Source: Planktothrix sp. GU0601_MAG3 (GTDB lineage: Bacteria > Cyanobacteriota > Cyanobacteriia > Cyanobacteriales > Microcoleaceae). From it: a DNA stretch of 64,000 nt. The notes beneath the pieces are model-generated. The model worked only from the letters and a program-made list of their open reading frames with translations, was not told the DNA's origin and ran no database searches. This document shows, one piece after another, positions 33,615-44,004 of the stretch; position 1 is the stretch's first letter; every line of letters begins with the position of its first letter. Location: assembly GCA_035193785.1 (NCBI GenBank), contig CP136572.1:2356578-2420577 (forward strand). Reading direction: 5' to 3'. The position numbers and the translations under genes were made by a program.

Positions 33615-35309
33615 TTATTGTTGACTATTTTTTAATTTTAAATTCACCCGATTTCGATGAATAACTGCTTCGGCAGAATTAGGTTGTATTTCTAATGCTA
33701 CACCATAGGAACGGTTAGCATCCTGATAGCAATTCATCTGTTCAAAGGTCATACCTCGACGAATCCAAGCTGCATAATAATCGGGTTTTCTTTGAACAAT
33801 TTTATCATAAACACTTAAGGCATCCTGATAGCGTTGGGCCGATTCTAATGCCAATCCCCACTGTAACCAAGTGCCATAGGAATCAGGCCAAATTTTAACA
33901 GCTTGATTAAAGGCTTCGGCGGCTTCAGAATGTTTTTGAACCGCTTCTAAGGTTTTTCCTAAATGTACCCAGGCTTCAAAATTATCCGGTTGGACTCGAA
34001 TCACTTTTTTATAAGCAATAATTGCCTCATCATAACGTTCTAATTTTTCTAAGGCTTCCCCCCGTTGTAATCCAGCTTTTGTGGCTAATATTGTATCTTC
34101 TGTGGTCATTTGTACCACTTTATCATAGGCAATTAAGGCTTCTTCAAAGCGATCTAATTTTTCTAAGGCTTCTCCCCGACAATTCCAAGCATCCATGAAA
34201 TCCGGTTGAATTTGTAAGGCATTATCATAAGCAATAATTGCCTCTTGATATTGCCCCAATTCACATAAACATTTTCCCCGACCTAACCAAGCTTCGGGAA
34301 AATTAGAGTTTAATTGAGTAGCTTTATCAAAAGATGCGATCGCCGCCTGATATTGTTTTAATTCTAATAAAGTTTGAGCGCGACTAATCCAAATTGCAGC
34401 CAAATCTGGATTGATTTGTAAGGCTTGATTTAAGCAGGTTAAGGCTTGTTGATGCTGTTGACTATTTAACAAAGCCATGCCTTTATAAAACCAAACCTCA
34501 TAATCCTGGGGTTGCATTTGAATTACGGTATCATAGGAGGTAATTGCTTCTTGATAGCGTCGTAATTTTTGTAATGAAATCCCCCGATTAAACCAGGCTT
34601 GACAACTTTTGGGTTGCAGTTGAATTGCTTGGTCATAGGAGGTAATAGCCTCGGCATATTTTTGTTGACTTAATAACATTTCCCCCCGATTAAACCAGGC
34701 TTCATAATTAGCAGGTTGCAGTTGAATTGAACGATCATAGGAAGCCACCGCATCGGTATAACGTTCTTCATTCATTAACGCATTACCTTGATGATACCAA
34801 ATCGCGGAAATATTGGGTTTAATTTCAATAGCCCGTTTATAAGAAGCCGCCGCCGCTTTATATTGAAATAGGGCTTCTAAGGCTAACCCCCGTTCATACC
34901 AAGATTCAAAGTTTTCTGGTTCAATAGTAATAGCTTTATCAAAGGAAGCCACCGCTTCTTCAAATCGTTCTAATTTAGCTAAAGCAATACCTCGAAATGT
35001 CCAAGCCCAATAATCTTCGGGTTTAATTTTAATCGCTCGGTCATAGGAAGCTAGGGCATCTTTATAACGTTTGAGTTTTCTTAAACTATTTCCCCGCCGT
35101 AACCAAGCGGAATACCAATTGGGTTTAAAATTAACAGCTTGATCATAACGTTCAAAGGCAAATTCATAGCGCCCTAATTTATAGAATCGATTACCTTGAT
35201 TATATTGAGGCCATGCTTTAAAAATGCCTAGAAATCCTAATCCCGAAGCAGGGGGAGTTTGTGGGGGGGTTTCCACAGGAAATAAGGAGGAGGTTAATTC
35301 TTCCGACAT
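33615..35309 (-). CDS. All-TPR protein
   Basis: About 15 canonical 34-aa TPR units. Confidence 0.9.
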   Translation of the reverse strand: MSEELTSSLFPVETPPQTPPASGLGFLGIFKAWPQYNQGNRFYKLGRYEFAFERYDQAVNFKPNWYSAWLRRGNSLRKLKRYKDALASYDRAIKIKPEDYWAWTFRGIALAKLERFEEAVASFDKAITIEPENFESWYERGLALEALFQYKAAAASYKRAIEIKPNISAIWYHQGNALMNEERYTDAVASYDRSIQLQPANYEAWFNRGEMLLSQQKYAEAITSYDQAIQLQPKSCQAWFNRGISLQKLRRYQEAITSYDTVIQMQPQDYEVWFYKGMALLNSQQHQQALTCLNQALQINPDLAAIWISRAQTLLELKQYQAAIASFDKATQLNSNFPEAWLGRGKCLCELGQYQEAIIAYDNALQIQPDFMDAWNCRGEALEKLDRFEEALIAYDKVVQMTTEDTILATKAGLQRGEALEKLERYDEAIIAYKKVIRVQPDNFEAWVHLGKTLEAVQKHSEAAEAFNQAVKIWPDSYGTWLQWGLALESAQRYQDALSVYDKIVQRKPDYYAAWIRRGMTFEQMNCYQDANRSYGVALEIQPNSAEAVIHRNRVNLKLKNSQQ

Positions 35310-35426
35310 GGGATGGTTGACTCCTGACCATTGAGTGCTAATAGTTCAATTTTACAATAACCGTATTCAAAGCCCACGTCTTTCAAGCGTGGGATGTAGA
35401 ATACCCGCCTTTAGCCGGAGTGAAGG

Positions 35427-35556
35427 TTAATGAGAGTTTTGGTTAGCAATATATTTCTTGATAGTTTCACTAGAAACAGAGCCAGCCGTCCCACAATAAT
35501 AGCTCCGACTCCACAAAGAAGGCAGTTTAAGTAAATGGGGAAATTCTTTTCTCAAT
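35427..35556 (-). pseudogene. tnpA: C-terminal remnant of the Y1 transposase TnpA
   Basis: LRKEFPHL..LPSLWSRSYYCGTAG.VS.ETIKKYI.NQ. The HUH-bearing N-terminal part is absent. Confidence 0.85.
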
Positions 35557-35562
35557 GTTAAC

Positions 35563-38500
35563 ATGACAGAAATAACTCGGACGATTAAATTGAAATTCGT
35601 GAATCTCAACCGTTGTAAAGCTCAGATGTTTGAGCAAATGACGGAAGAAAACACACGGATTGCCAATAATCTGTTGTCATTTCCGATTAAAGAACGGCGT
35701 AAAATGACGACAGCTAAAATTATGTCCGAGTTAAAATCTGCCCTTGTTAACCAAGTAATCCGACATACCACATCCCCCACGGGTCGTAAAACTAAACAAT
35801 ACAAAGTTCTTCCTGTAGAAGTTAATAACCAAAACTGGAAGTTAACTCAAAAAGGAAATACTTATTCAATTAGTTTCCCGACTCTAAAAGGTGAAAAAAG
35901 AATCCCCATTGAAGTTACATCCGCTCACTGGCAACCTATTTTAGATGGATTACTAGAGGGAACAATTCAAGGGGGATCTTTTAAGTTAATTAAACATAGA
36001 AATAAGTGGTATGTCTATCTGTCAATCACTGAGGATGTTCCAGAAGTTAAGACAGAGAAAACATTAGGGTGTGACCGAGGGCAGAATAATTTAGCGGTAG
36101 TTGCACCAAAAGAAGGTTTTGGTAAGTTCTTTAATGGTCAAAGCGTTAAGCATCGGAGACGTTATTTTCAACAACGAAGAAAACAACTTCAAGAAGCTAA
36201 AAAGTTTCGAGCTTTAAAGAAATGGGACAAAAAAGAACGACGATGGATGGATGCAATTAACCATACTGTCAGTCGTCGAATTGTTCGTTTTGCCGAATAC
36301 CACAACGCTGATGTTGTGATTGAGGATTTGGAAGGTTGTCGTAAAACTATGAAACAGAGCAAGAAATCTCGTTCTGATTCTGGTCAATCTCGGCATAATT
36401 GGTCTTATTATTCTTTGGAACAAAAACTTAATTATAAGTTAGCTCTTAAAGGATTGAAGTTAATTAGAAGACCTGCGCCATATACTTCTAAGTCTTGCTC
36501 AACTTGTGGTGTTATTGGCAAAAGAAATCGACATGATTTTAATTGCTCTTATGGTCACTACCATAACTCTGATTTGAATGCTGCGAAAAACCTAGCTCAA
36601 TGGGACGGTTTTTCTTGTCAGTTAGACCTACAGAGAGATGCTTCTGTAATGGATTCATCCGGTTTAACTGATGGGGTGCTTGGCACACCCCTGAACTCGG
36701 TGAATACAGTCAAACAAGAGTATGTTCAACTATCTCTGGTGCGATTCGTTTAACCTAAAATAAGCTGAAAAGCTTATGGGACGGTTAACCCAGTTGTTGA
36801 AACTGGTGATAACTGATTACATTTGTGGGTGAGTCGTTGTACGACAAGTCCTACCCCCCAAGTGCTGAGGTGAAAGCATAACCCCTAGTTTGATTGGATA
36901 GCAACCAACAGGCTAAAGCGGGGTTAAAAGGTAGAACTACTGGTAGCCAAATCTGGTAACTATCGAGCAAGAAGTCCATGCGTAGCGTAAGCAAAGATGT
37001 GTCTGAACCATCGTAAGTTGAAATGGTGTAATGGCTAAGTCAACAATGACTAACACCAAGCCAAAAGGCAAGGATAGGGCATAGGCGTTTTAGAGAAACG
37101 ACTTATAAGCACCGCCCAATAAACCCGATGGAAAGCATCACGCTAAAGACTTCAAACAAATGTGTAATTGGAACGAAGTAATCCCTATATATCTCTGGAA
37201 AAGGTCGAAAATCCAGTAAGTAGCTAACGAATGATATATGGGGATGGGATGGTGTCAAAAGCGAATGCCCTTGGTAATGCAAGGGATATGCTAACAGACG
37301 CTCGGTAATTCCAAAGAAATAGAACAAGTAGCAATGAATAAATCTAAAACGCAGAACAATCTGACGGTGGAATGGAAAGACCTTAACTGGCGCAAGCTAG
37401 AAAAGGTAACTTTTAAGTTGCAAAAGCGAATATTTCAAGCGAGTACACGAGGCGATGTTAAAGCAGTTCGCAAACTTCAGAAGACCCTGATTAATTCCTG
37501 GTCAGCTAAATGTATCGCTGTTCGTCGGGTAACACAAGATAACCAAGGTAAAAATACGGCAGGTGTAGACGGAGTTAAATCTCTGACTCCAAAGCAACGT
37601 ATGAACCTTGTAGGACGACTAAAGTTAACCAATAAAGCCAAACCAACTCGTAGAGTTGAAATACCTAAACCTGGTACAACTGAAACCCGTCCATTAGGAA
37701 TACCCACAATAAACGACCGCGCACTACAAGCATTAGTAAAATTAGCGTTAGAACCAGAATGGGAGGCTAAATTCGAGCCAAACAGTTATGGTTTTAGACC
37801 AGGACGCTCATGTCACGATGCAATCGAAGCAATATTTAACAGTATTAGATACAAATCCAAATATGTACTTGATGCTGATATCTCAAAATGCTTCGACCGC
37901 ATAAACCATAAAGCGTTAATCTCCAAAATACACACATACCCCACATTAAGCCGTCAAATTAAAATATGGCTCAAAGCAGGGTACTGTGTCGGAAAAGAAC
38001 TTTTTCCTACTAATGATGGTACACCACAAGGCGGGGTGATTTCACCCCTACTTGCGAATATAGCCTTACATGGTATAGAAAATAGAGTCAAGCAATATGC
38101 AGAAACTCTTAAAGGGCAAAAACGGGTTAATTGTGAATCCCTTAGTCTAATCCGATACGCTGATGATTTTGTGATAATCCATAAGGATTTAAACGTAGTC
38201 AAAAAGTGTCAAGAGATAATTGCAGATTGGTTAAACGACATGGGACTAGAATTGAAATCAAGTAAAACAAAATTAACCCACACCCTCAATGAAATTGATG
38301 GAAATATCGGGTTTGAGTTTTTAGGGTTCCATATCCAACAACACAAAGTAGGGAACTACCGATGTGCCAACAACACGAATGGAACACCGCTAGGTTTTAG
38401 TACATTAATCACACCCTCAAAAGCCAAAATCAAAACCCACCTTGTCAAAATAGCTGAAGTAATAGATGCCCATAAGACCGCCCCACAAGCTGCTTTAATT

Positions 38501-39218
38501 AGTAAGCTGAATCCAATTATAAGAGGCTGGTCAAACTATTACTCAACAGTTGTTAGTAAAGAAACCTTTAACAAGGTTGACCATCTAACTTACGACAAGT
38601 TAAGAGCTTGGGCAAAAACGAGGGGAAAAGGGAACATCAATAAAGATAAATACTGGAGAACAGTAGGCGACAGAAATTGGTGTTTCAGTACAGAAGACGG
38701 AACGGAATTACTCACCCATAGCAGTATGCCAATCGTAAAGCATACAAAGGTTAAAAGTGAAGTTAGTCCGTTTGATGGTAACTGGATTTATTGGAGTAAG
38801 CGTAGAGGCGAATATCCAGAAACTCCTAAAAGAGTGGCAACACTTATCAAGAAACAGAAGGGTATTTGTCCTCACTGTGGTCTGTATTTTACAAGTACAG
38901 ACAAGGTAGAAGTTGACCATATAACACCAACAACATTAGGTGGAAAAGACACCTATAAAAACTGGCAACTCCTACACAAGCATTGTCACGACACAAAAAC
39001 GGCTAATGATGGTTCTTTAATTAAAAGTAAGCAATTACCAATAGTTGAGAATTATGAAAACAACCCGTTTTGAATCGTATCCATAACAAGGATGGAATTA
39101 TCAAGGAGCCGTGTGATGCGAAAGTATCACGCACGGTTTCTGAAGGAGAGGTTAGGGGGGTAACTCCCTAATCGACTCTAACTTTGACTGGGCTAGATAC
39201 GAGAATCCCACCCCTTAG
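35563..39218 (+). CDS. tnpB: RNA-guided endonuclease TnpB, exons 35563-36738 and 39183-39218 (403 aa spliced)
   Basis: RuvC D (GCDRG), E (VIEDL), D (NSDLNAA) and a zinc finger. Spliced tail EYVQLSL|FDWARYENPTP*. Confidence 0.9.
36739..39182 (+). mobile_element. Group IIB intron 3 (complete), inserted in the tnpB 3' end
   Basis: GTGCG at 36739, ctctAAC at 39182. EBS1 tagaga (37091-37096) pairs with tctctg; EBS2 agttgaa (37016-37022) pairs with ttcaact. Confidence 0.95.
37334..39073 (+). CDS. ltrA: Intact intron-encoded RT/maturase/HNH endonuclease (579 aa)
   Basis: AGVDG, RPLGIPT..DR, DADISKCFD, PQGG, YADD, HNH. Confidence 0.95.
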   Translation: MNKSKTQNNLTVEWKDLNWRKLEKVTFKLQKRIFQASTRGDVKAVRKLQKTLINSWSAKCIAVRRVTQDNQGKNTAGVDGVKSLTPKQRMNLVGRLKLTNKAKPTRRVEIPKPGTTETRPLGIPTINDRALQALVKLALEPEWEAKFEPNSYGFRPGRSCHDAIEAIFNSIRYKSKYVLDADISKCFDRINHKALISKIHTYPTLSRQIKIWLKAGYCVGKELFPTNDGTPQGGVISPLLANIALHGIENRVKQYAETLKGQKRVNCESLSLIRYADDFVIIHKDLNVVKKCQEIIADWLNDMGLELKSSKTKLTHTLNEIDGNIGFEFLGFHIQQHKVGNYRCANNTNGTPLGFSTLITPSKAKIKTHLVKIAEVIDAHKTAPQAALISKLNPIIRGWSNYYSTVVSKETFNKVDHLTYDKLRAWAKTRGKGNINKDKYWRTVGDRNWCFSTEDGTELLTHSSMPIVKHTKVKSEVSPFDGNWIYWSKRRGEYPETPKRVATLIKKQKGICPHCGLYFTSTDKVEVDHITPTTLGGKDTYKNWQLLHKHCHDTKTANDGSLIKSKQLPIVENYENNPF

Positions 39219-39573
39219 CGTAGCGTAGGGGTGGGAGTGTCAATAGGGTTGCAGTCTGACTGTTGTAATATTTCGTTCTTTATCAGATTTTGATGATTTT
39301 GTCAAGTTTTGAGCTATGCTTTAATATTTGTATTTATTATAATAAAAATTTTTTATTTCAATAAAACTTATGAGAAAATTCTGGAAATTTAGGGCATGAT
39401 AATCACAGAAGGGGGCAAACCTTTGCTGAGGACTTGAATCTGGCCAGATATCTCGTTGCTTAGGCTTTGAAACCTTTAATCTCTGTGGTGAACTACGAAT
39501 CTTTTACGGGAACTTACAACAATATTTCGTAGACACTACATAGACAGTTGCCCAAGTTTGGTTTTAATCCCAA

Positions 39574-39951
39574 ATGAGAACAATGAATAAGGTTAATGCT
39601 ACCATGTCTTACCTCACTTTCCTGATTCGCGGCATCACACCTGTTGAACCCGCATCTCCCTCCCAGCCTAGCCCTTTGCCCTTACCACGTCGATTTACAC
39701 CCCTACGTCCGGTTCGCCATTGGTTAGAAAGTATCAAAATCCAAGACCCCCAATTGGCCCACCGTTTGTGTAAACTGATTCCGGCCCAATGTCCATTTGA
39801 ACGAAATATTACTGTCCGGGGTCGGGTGGTTGTGCGTATTCCACCTTTATGTAAACTCAACCCTTTTTATGAAGAATTGGTCTATCTCCGGTTTCAAGCA
39901 TTATGTTATTTGGCGGATGAATGTGGAGAAGATATTTCGGCCTATTGCTAG
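39574..39951 (+). CDS. 'Mo-dependent nitrogenase C-terminal domain'-family small Cys-rich protein
   Basis: CKLIPAQCPFER..IPPLCKLNPFYE.L..LRF.AL.YLADECGEDIS.YC. Confidence 0.8.
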   Translation: MRTMNKVNATMSYLTFLIRGITPVEPASPSQPSPLPLPRRFTPLRPVRHWLESIKIQDPQLAHRLCKLIPAQCPFERNITVRGRVVVRIPPLCKLNPFYEELVYLRFQALCYLADECGEDISAYC

Positions 39952-39996
39952 AATAGTTGACGGTTGATTGTTTATAGTTAACCGTCAACCCCCGGT

Positions 39997-40350
39997 TTAT
40001 TTTTCGACTAACCATTGGCCGGAAAAAATGCTTTTAACCGCTAGAGAAATGCGCTGTAAATCTTCTTGTAATAACGGGGGCCATTCAATACCTCGGTTAC
40101 GACCGGAGGCAAATTGTTGCTGACTTTCTATGACTAACTGATGTAGGGCTAAGACTAAAATTTTTTCAAATTTTGAATTATCTTTTAAGGTATCATAAGC
40201 AATTTTTAAGGATAATAAAATAGAGGTGACTTGACCGGGAATTGGGGGTTGGCCCTGTTTCAAACGAATTAAAAACGCATCGGGGTTTTTTTGGGTTTCT
40301 AATGCCATGCCTTGGTCAATTAGAAAATTATAGGCTGTTTTGTAATCCAT
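39997..40350 (-). CDS. Conserved cyanobacterial hypothetical protein
   Basis: MDYKTA.., PPIPGQVTSILL, WPPLL.EDL.RI. Confidence 0.65.
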   Translation of the reverse strand: MDYKTAYNFLIDQGMALETQKNPDAFLIRLKQGQPPIPGQVTSILLSLKIAYDTLKDNSKFEKILVLALHQLVIESQQQFASGRNRGIEWPPLLQEDLQRISLAVKSIFSGQWLVEK

Positions 40351-40507
40351 TGCAATTGATTTGTGAAGTTGTCTACAGTCAAATTCTATAGCAATAAAGC
40401 CTAATTTAACCACAAAGACACGAAGACACAAAGATGTTGTAAATAATAAATAACTTGCTGATTGATATAATCGGGGATGGGCAATAATATTATATTTCAT
40501 AAAATGA

Positions 40508-42095
40508 TTATAAAAATAGAATCGGGGATTGGAGATGAGAACTATAACTTCCCTGGATTTTGATGCTAGATTCGGCCAAACGTAAGGTTAAGGATAGACG
40601 AACTTTACCACTAATATTACAGATAGAAACGATGAATCAAATCATCGGTAAAAAAGATAAATTCCCCGGGTTTTAATATTACGGGTAGGGCGGATTTTTC
40701 GATTTCTGATTTCACTTCAAAAAAAGGATTTCCACTGAAGGGGTCATTCATTTTTACAGGACATGAATTATGATATTGTTTGGGCAAATATTCAAAACCA
40801 TTTCCGGCATTAACTTCGGTCAAGGCAATATAGACATGAATAGTTTTTCCAGTTTTGCTTAATAATTGGGGATATTGGTCTTGATGCCAAAGGGGAATTA
40901 ATTGTTTTGCGGGATAATTAGCCCATAATTCTGAACGCCAAAGAAAGGGGGATTCGCCTAAATATTCCCGGGCTTTTTCTAGTAAATAGGGATTTTTACA
41001 GAGTTCTAAAATTACGGGGGAATCTAGGTGTCTTTCCATATTAAATTGTCGTTTATATCCTTGAATTAACAGTAATATTAATGAGCCAAAATCCCCCTTT
41101 TTTATGAATTGATAACTATTAGAAAATAGCTGAATTGGAGAACGGGGTAAAACTGTAGTAAAAATATGTTTTTGAATGTCTTGTAGTTCGGTTTGGCTTA
41201 AATTTAAAGAATAGGGCCCCCAGATGCCATCCTCTGGATTATAAGTAGTTGGATTTTGGGAAATGGGGTTAGATAGTCCCGTCCAGAATAAACTTTTTTG
41301 CCATAATTCCTTGGCTAAATTATCATTTTTTGCCAGATTGGTTAAGGGCATGGGTTGAAAATTTCGGCTTAAAAATTCACCATTAATTAATTGATATTCG
41401 GGGTTATTCAAAAATTTAATAATATTACGACTAATGGTTTTAGGAGAGTTTCCAATATTTAAAAAACGGCTGAAACGATGGGATAGACTAATATTAGATT
41501 GAACAAAACCTGGATGCAAGGCATTAATTCTGACGCAGGTTTGATTTAATTCATTTTGCAGCAGATGTCGCATTAATAATAATAAACAAACCTTAGAATC
41601 AGCATATAATTTGAGGAAGTTAAAAGGGGTTTTTTGTATCCATAATTTCCAGCCTAGCTCCTTTGACCATAAGGCTATATCGGAGGCGATAAATAAAATT
41701 TGACTAGCTGTTGATGCTTTGAGTTTATCTAATAGTAAATAAGTTAGTAAAAAATGCCCTAAATAATTGGTTCCCCAAATTAATTCAAATCCTTCTTGAG
41801 TGGTTCCAGATTGATTAAAAATTCCAGCATTATTAATTAATATATTTAAAGGTAGTTGACGTTCTAAGAATAAATTAACACAGGTACGAATTGAATCTAA
41901 AGAGGCTAAATCTAAAGGTAAAAATTCAACTTTTCCTTGATTAGTTTGGGTTATAATATAATTAATAGCTTGCTGGGCTTTCTGTTGGGAACGACAGGCG
42001 ATAAAAACATGATTTCCCTGTTTTGCTAGTTCTAATGCCGTCATTAAACCGATTCCAGAACTTCCTCCTGTGACTAGACAAACTTGTTGTTTCAT
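40508..42095 (-). CDS. Fusion of a classical SDR and a PhyH-like Fe(II)/2-oxoglutarate dioxygenase; apparent frameshift at ~40626
   Basis: TGGSSGIG, NNAG, YADSK, then WHQD...IHR and, in the corrected frame, SICNISGKVRLSLTLR. Confidence 0.75.
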
Positions 42096-42105
42096 ATTAA
42101 ATATT

Positions 42106-42284
42106 ATTCAATAATAATAACGGAGAGACGCGCCGTGGCACGTCTTTTTTATTCAATAATAATAACGGAGAGACGCGCCGTGGCACGTCTTTTTTATTCA
42201 ATGAAAATAACGGAGAGACGCGCCGTGGCACGTCTTTTTTATTCAATGAAAATAACGGAGAGACGCGCCGTGGCACGTCTCTAC
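42106..42284. repeat. 4 x 45-bp tandem of a GTAG-type REP
   Basis: gagacgcgccgtggcacgtct recurs at 45-bp spacing. The last unit ends ctctac (GTAGAGACG on the minus strand). Confidence 0.85.
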
Positions 42285-42305
42285 ATTATGGGTTTAGGGT
42301 GGGTT

Positions 42306-43927
42306 CTATTCCCATTCAATGGTTTCCAGGGGGTTTAGAAGTAATATCATAAACCACTCGATTCACGCCCCGAACTTCATTCACAATCCGATTAGAAATC
42401 AGTTCTAATAAATCATAGGGAACCCGTGACCAATCGGCTGTCATTCCATCTTCACTACTAACAAATCGTAGGACAATTGGATAGGCATAGGTACGATGGT
42501 CTCCCATCACTCCCACACTTCGCACCGGAAGTAATACGGCAAATGCTTGCCAATAATCGTGATAAACCCCACGTCTATTAATTTCTTCTCGGACAATTAA
42601 ATCCGCATCTCGCAGAATATTTAACTTCTCGGCGGTAACTTCTCCTAATATCCGAATCGCTAAACCTGGGCCGGGAAAAGGATGACGTCGGACAATTTCT
42701 TCGGGTAAACCAATCGAACGTCCGACTTTTCTGACTTCATCTTTAAACAGTTTGCGCAGGGGTTCTACTAATTTAAACCGTAAATCTTTGGGTAATCCCC
42801 CCACATTATGATGGCTTTTAATTTTAACCGCCACCCGTTCCCCACTTTTGGGGTCAACATTGGTATCGGCGGACTCAATAACGTCAGGATATAATGTGCC
42901 TTGGGCTAAATAATCAAAGGGCCCTAAACGCACCGATTCTTCTTCAAAAACCCGAATAAATTCCGCACCAATTCGTTTGCGTTTTTCTTCCGGGTCGGTA
43001 ATTCCTTCGAGTTTTTTTAAGAATCGTTCCCGGGCGTTTACATACTCAACGGGAATGTGAAATTGTTCATGGAATAGTTTAACTAATCGTTCCGGTTCTA
43101 GCTTCCGCATAAACCCTTGGTCGATAAACATACAAGTTAACTTATCACCAATGGCACGGTGCAGTAAAAATGCTAAAGTTGAAGAATCAACACCACCAGA
43201 AAGGGCTAATAAAACCCGTTTATCCCCCACTTGGTTCCGAATTTCTCGAATAGATTCCTCTACAAAAGCTTCCGTTGTCCAAGTAGGATGACAGCGGCAA
43301 ATATGGTAAACAAAATTCCGAATTAGGGCTTGACCCCCAATAGAATGAACGACTTCGGGATGGAATTGTACCCCGTATAATTTTTGCTCGTGGTCAGCAA
43401 TTGCCGCACAGGGGGTATTCTCGGTATGGGCTAAAATCTCAAATCCATCGGGTAACTGGTTACAGGAGTCGGCGTGACTCATCCACATGGTCGCCCCCTG
43501 TTCCACATTGGTTAGCAGGTCGGTGGGGTCATCAATATGTAGGGAGGCTTTGCCGTATTCGGCCCGTTCAGCCCGTTCTACAGTACCTCCTAGCTGTTTG
43601 ACCATCAGTTGCATTCCATAGCAAACCCCTAAAACCGGAATTCCTAACTCCCAGAGTTTCGGGTCACATTCGGGCGCACCTTCATCATAGACGGAATTGG
43701 GGCCACCGGAGAGAATAATGCCCTTGGGGTCGAGTTCCTTGAGTTTTTCGGCGGTGGTTTCGGTAGGAAAGGACTTCGGAATAAACCTCGGTTTCCCGAA
43801 TGCGACGGGCGATTAACTCGGAATATTGGGAACCGAAATCGAGAATCGCAATCATCTGTCGGTTCAATTTTTCACCAGCAGTATCGGTATTTTCGGTTTG
43901 AGTTGGAGCTTGAGTCTGGGGAGACAT
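42306..43927 (-). CDS. guaA: GMP synthase (glutamine-hydrolysing); apparent frameshifts at ~43757 and ~42322
   Basis: [29 protein letters not shown]. The corrected end reads SKPPGTIEWE*. Confidence 0.95.
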
Positions 43928-44004
43928 ATTGAGTTTAATGGGTTTTAATTTTAATTGTCAACCAAGTATAAACTTGATGCTTGTATCCGATTACGATCAC
44001 AAAT

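Larger units (their letters stand above)
35356..39243 (+). mobile_element. IS200/IS605-family element (truncated tnpA, divergent tnpB), interrupted by group II intron 3
   Basis: Left end: TTAC (35352-35355), then AAAG + hairpin cccacg..cgtggg. Right end: GAAT + hairpin cccacccct..aggggtggg + TCAA (39240-39243). This is the IS608-like end architecture. Confidence 0.85.

Noticed and set aside
168..38920. Short minus-strand ORFs within the three introns
   Set aside because: They are antisense to the RT gene or ribozyme and recur only because the introns are homologous.
1..39182. RTs as DGR, retron or defence-associated RTs
   Set aside because: Each RT has YADD, a maturase and HNH domain, and flanking domain V/VI. 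The two complete copies have GTGCG..AAC ends and EBS/IBS pairing. No TR/VR pair, avd or msr-msd was seen.
35356..39243. IStron
   Set aside because: IStrons are group I introns that span the IS. Here a group II intron is nested inside tnpB.
39574..39951. Evidence of nitrogen fixation
   Set aside because: The family name is historical, and no nif genes are present in the window.
42084..42338. CRISPR array or an 84-aa repeat protein
   Set aside because: The 45-bp units are near-identical REP copies without spacers. The ORF arises because 45 is a multiple of 3.
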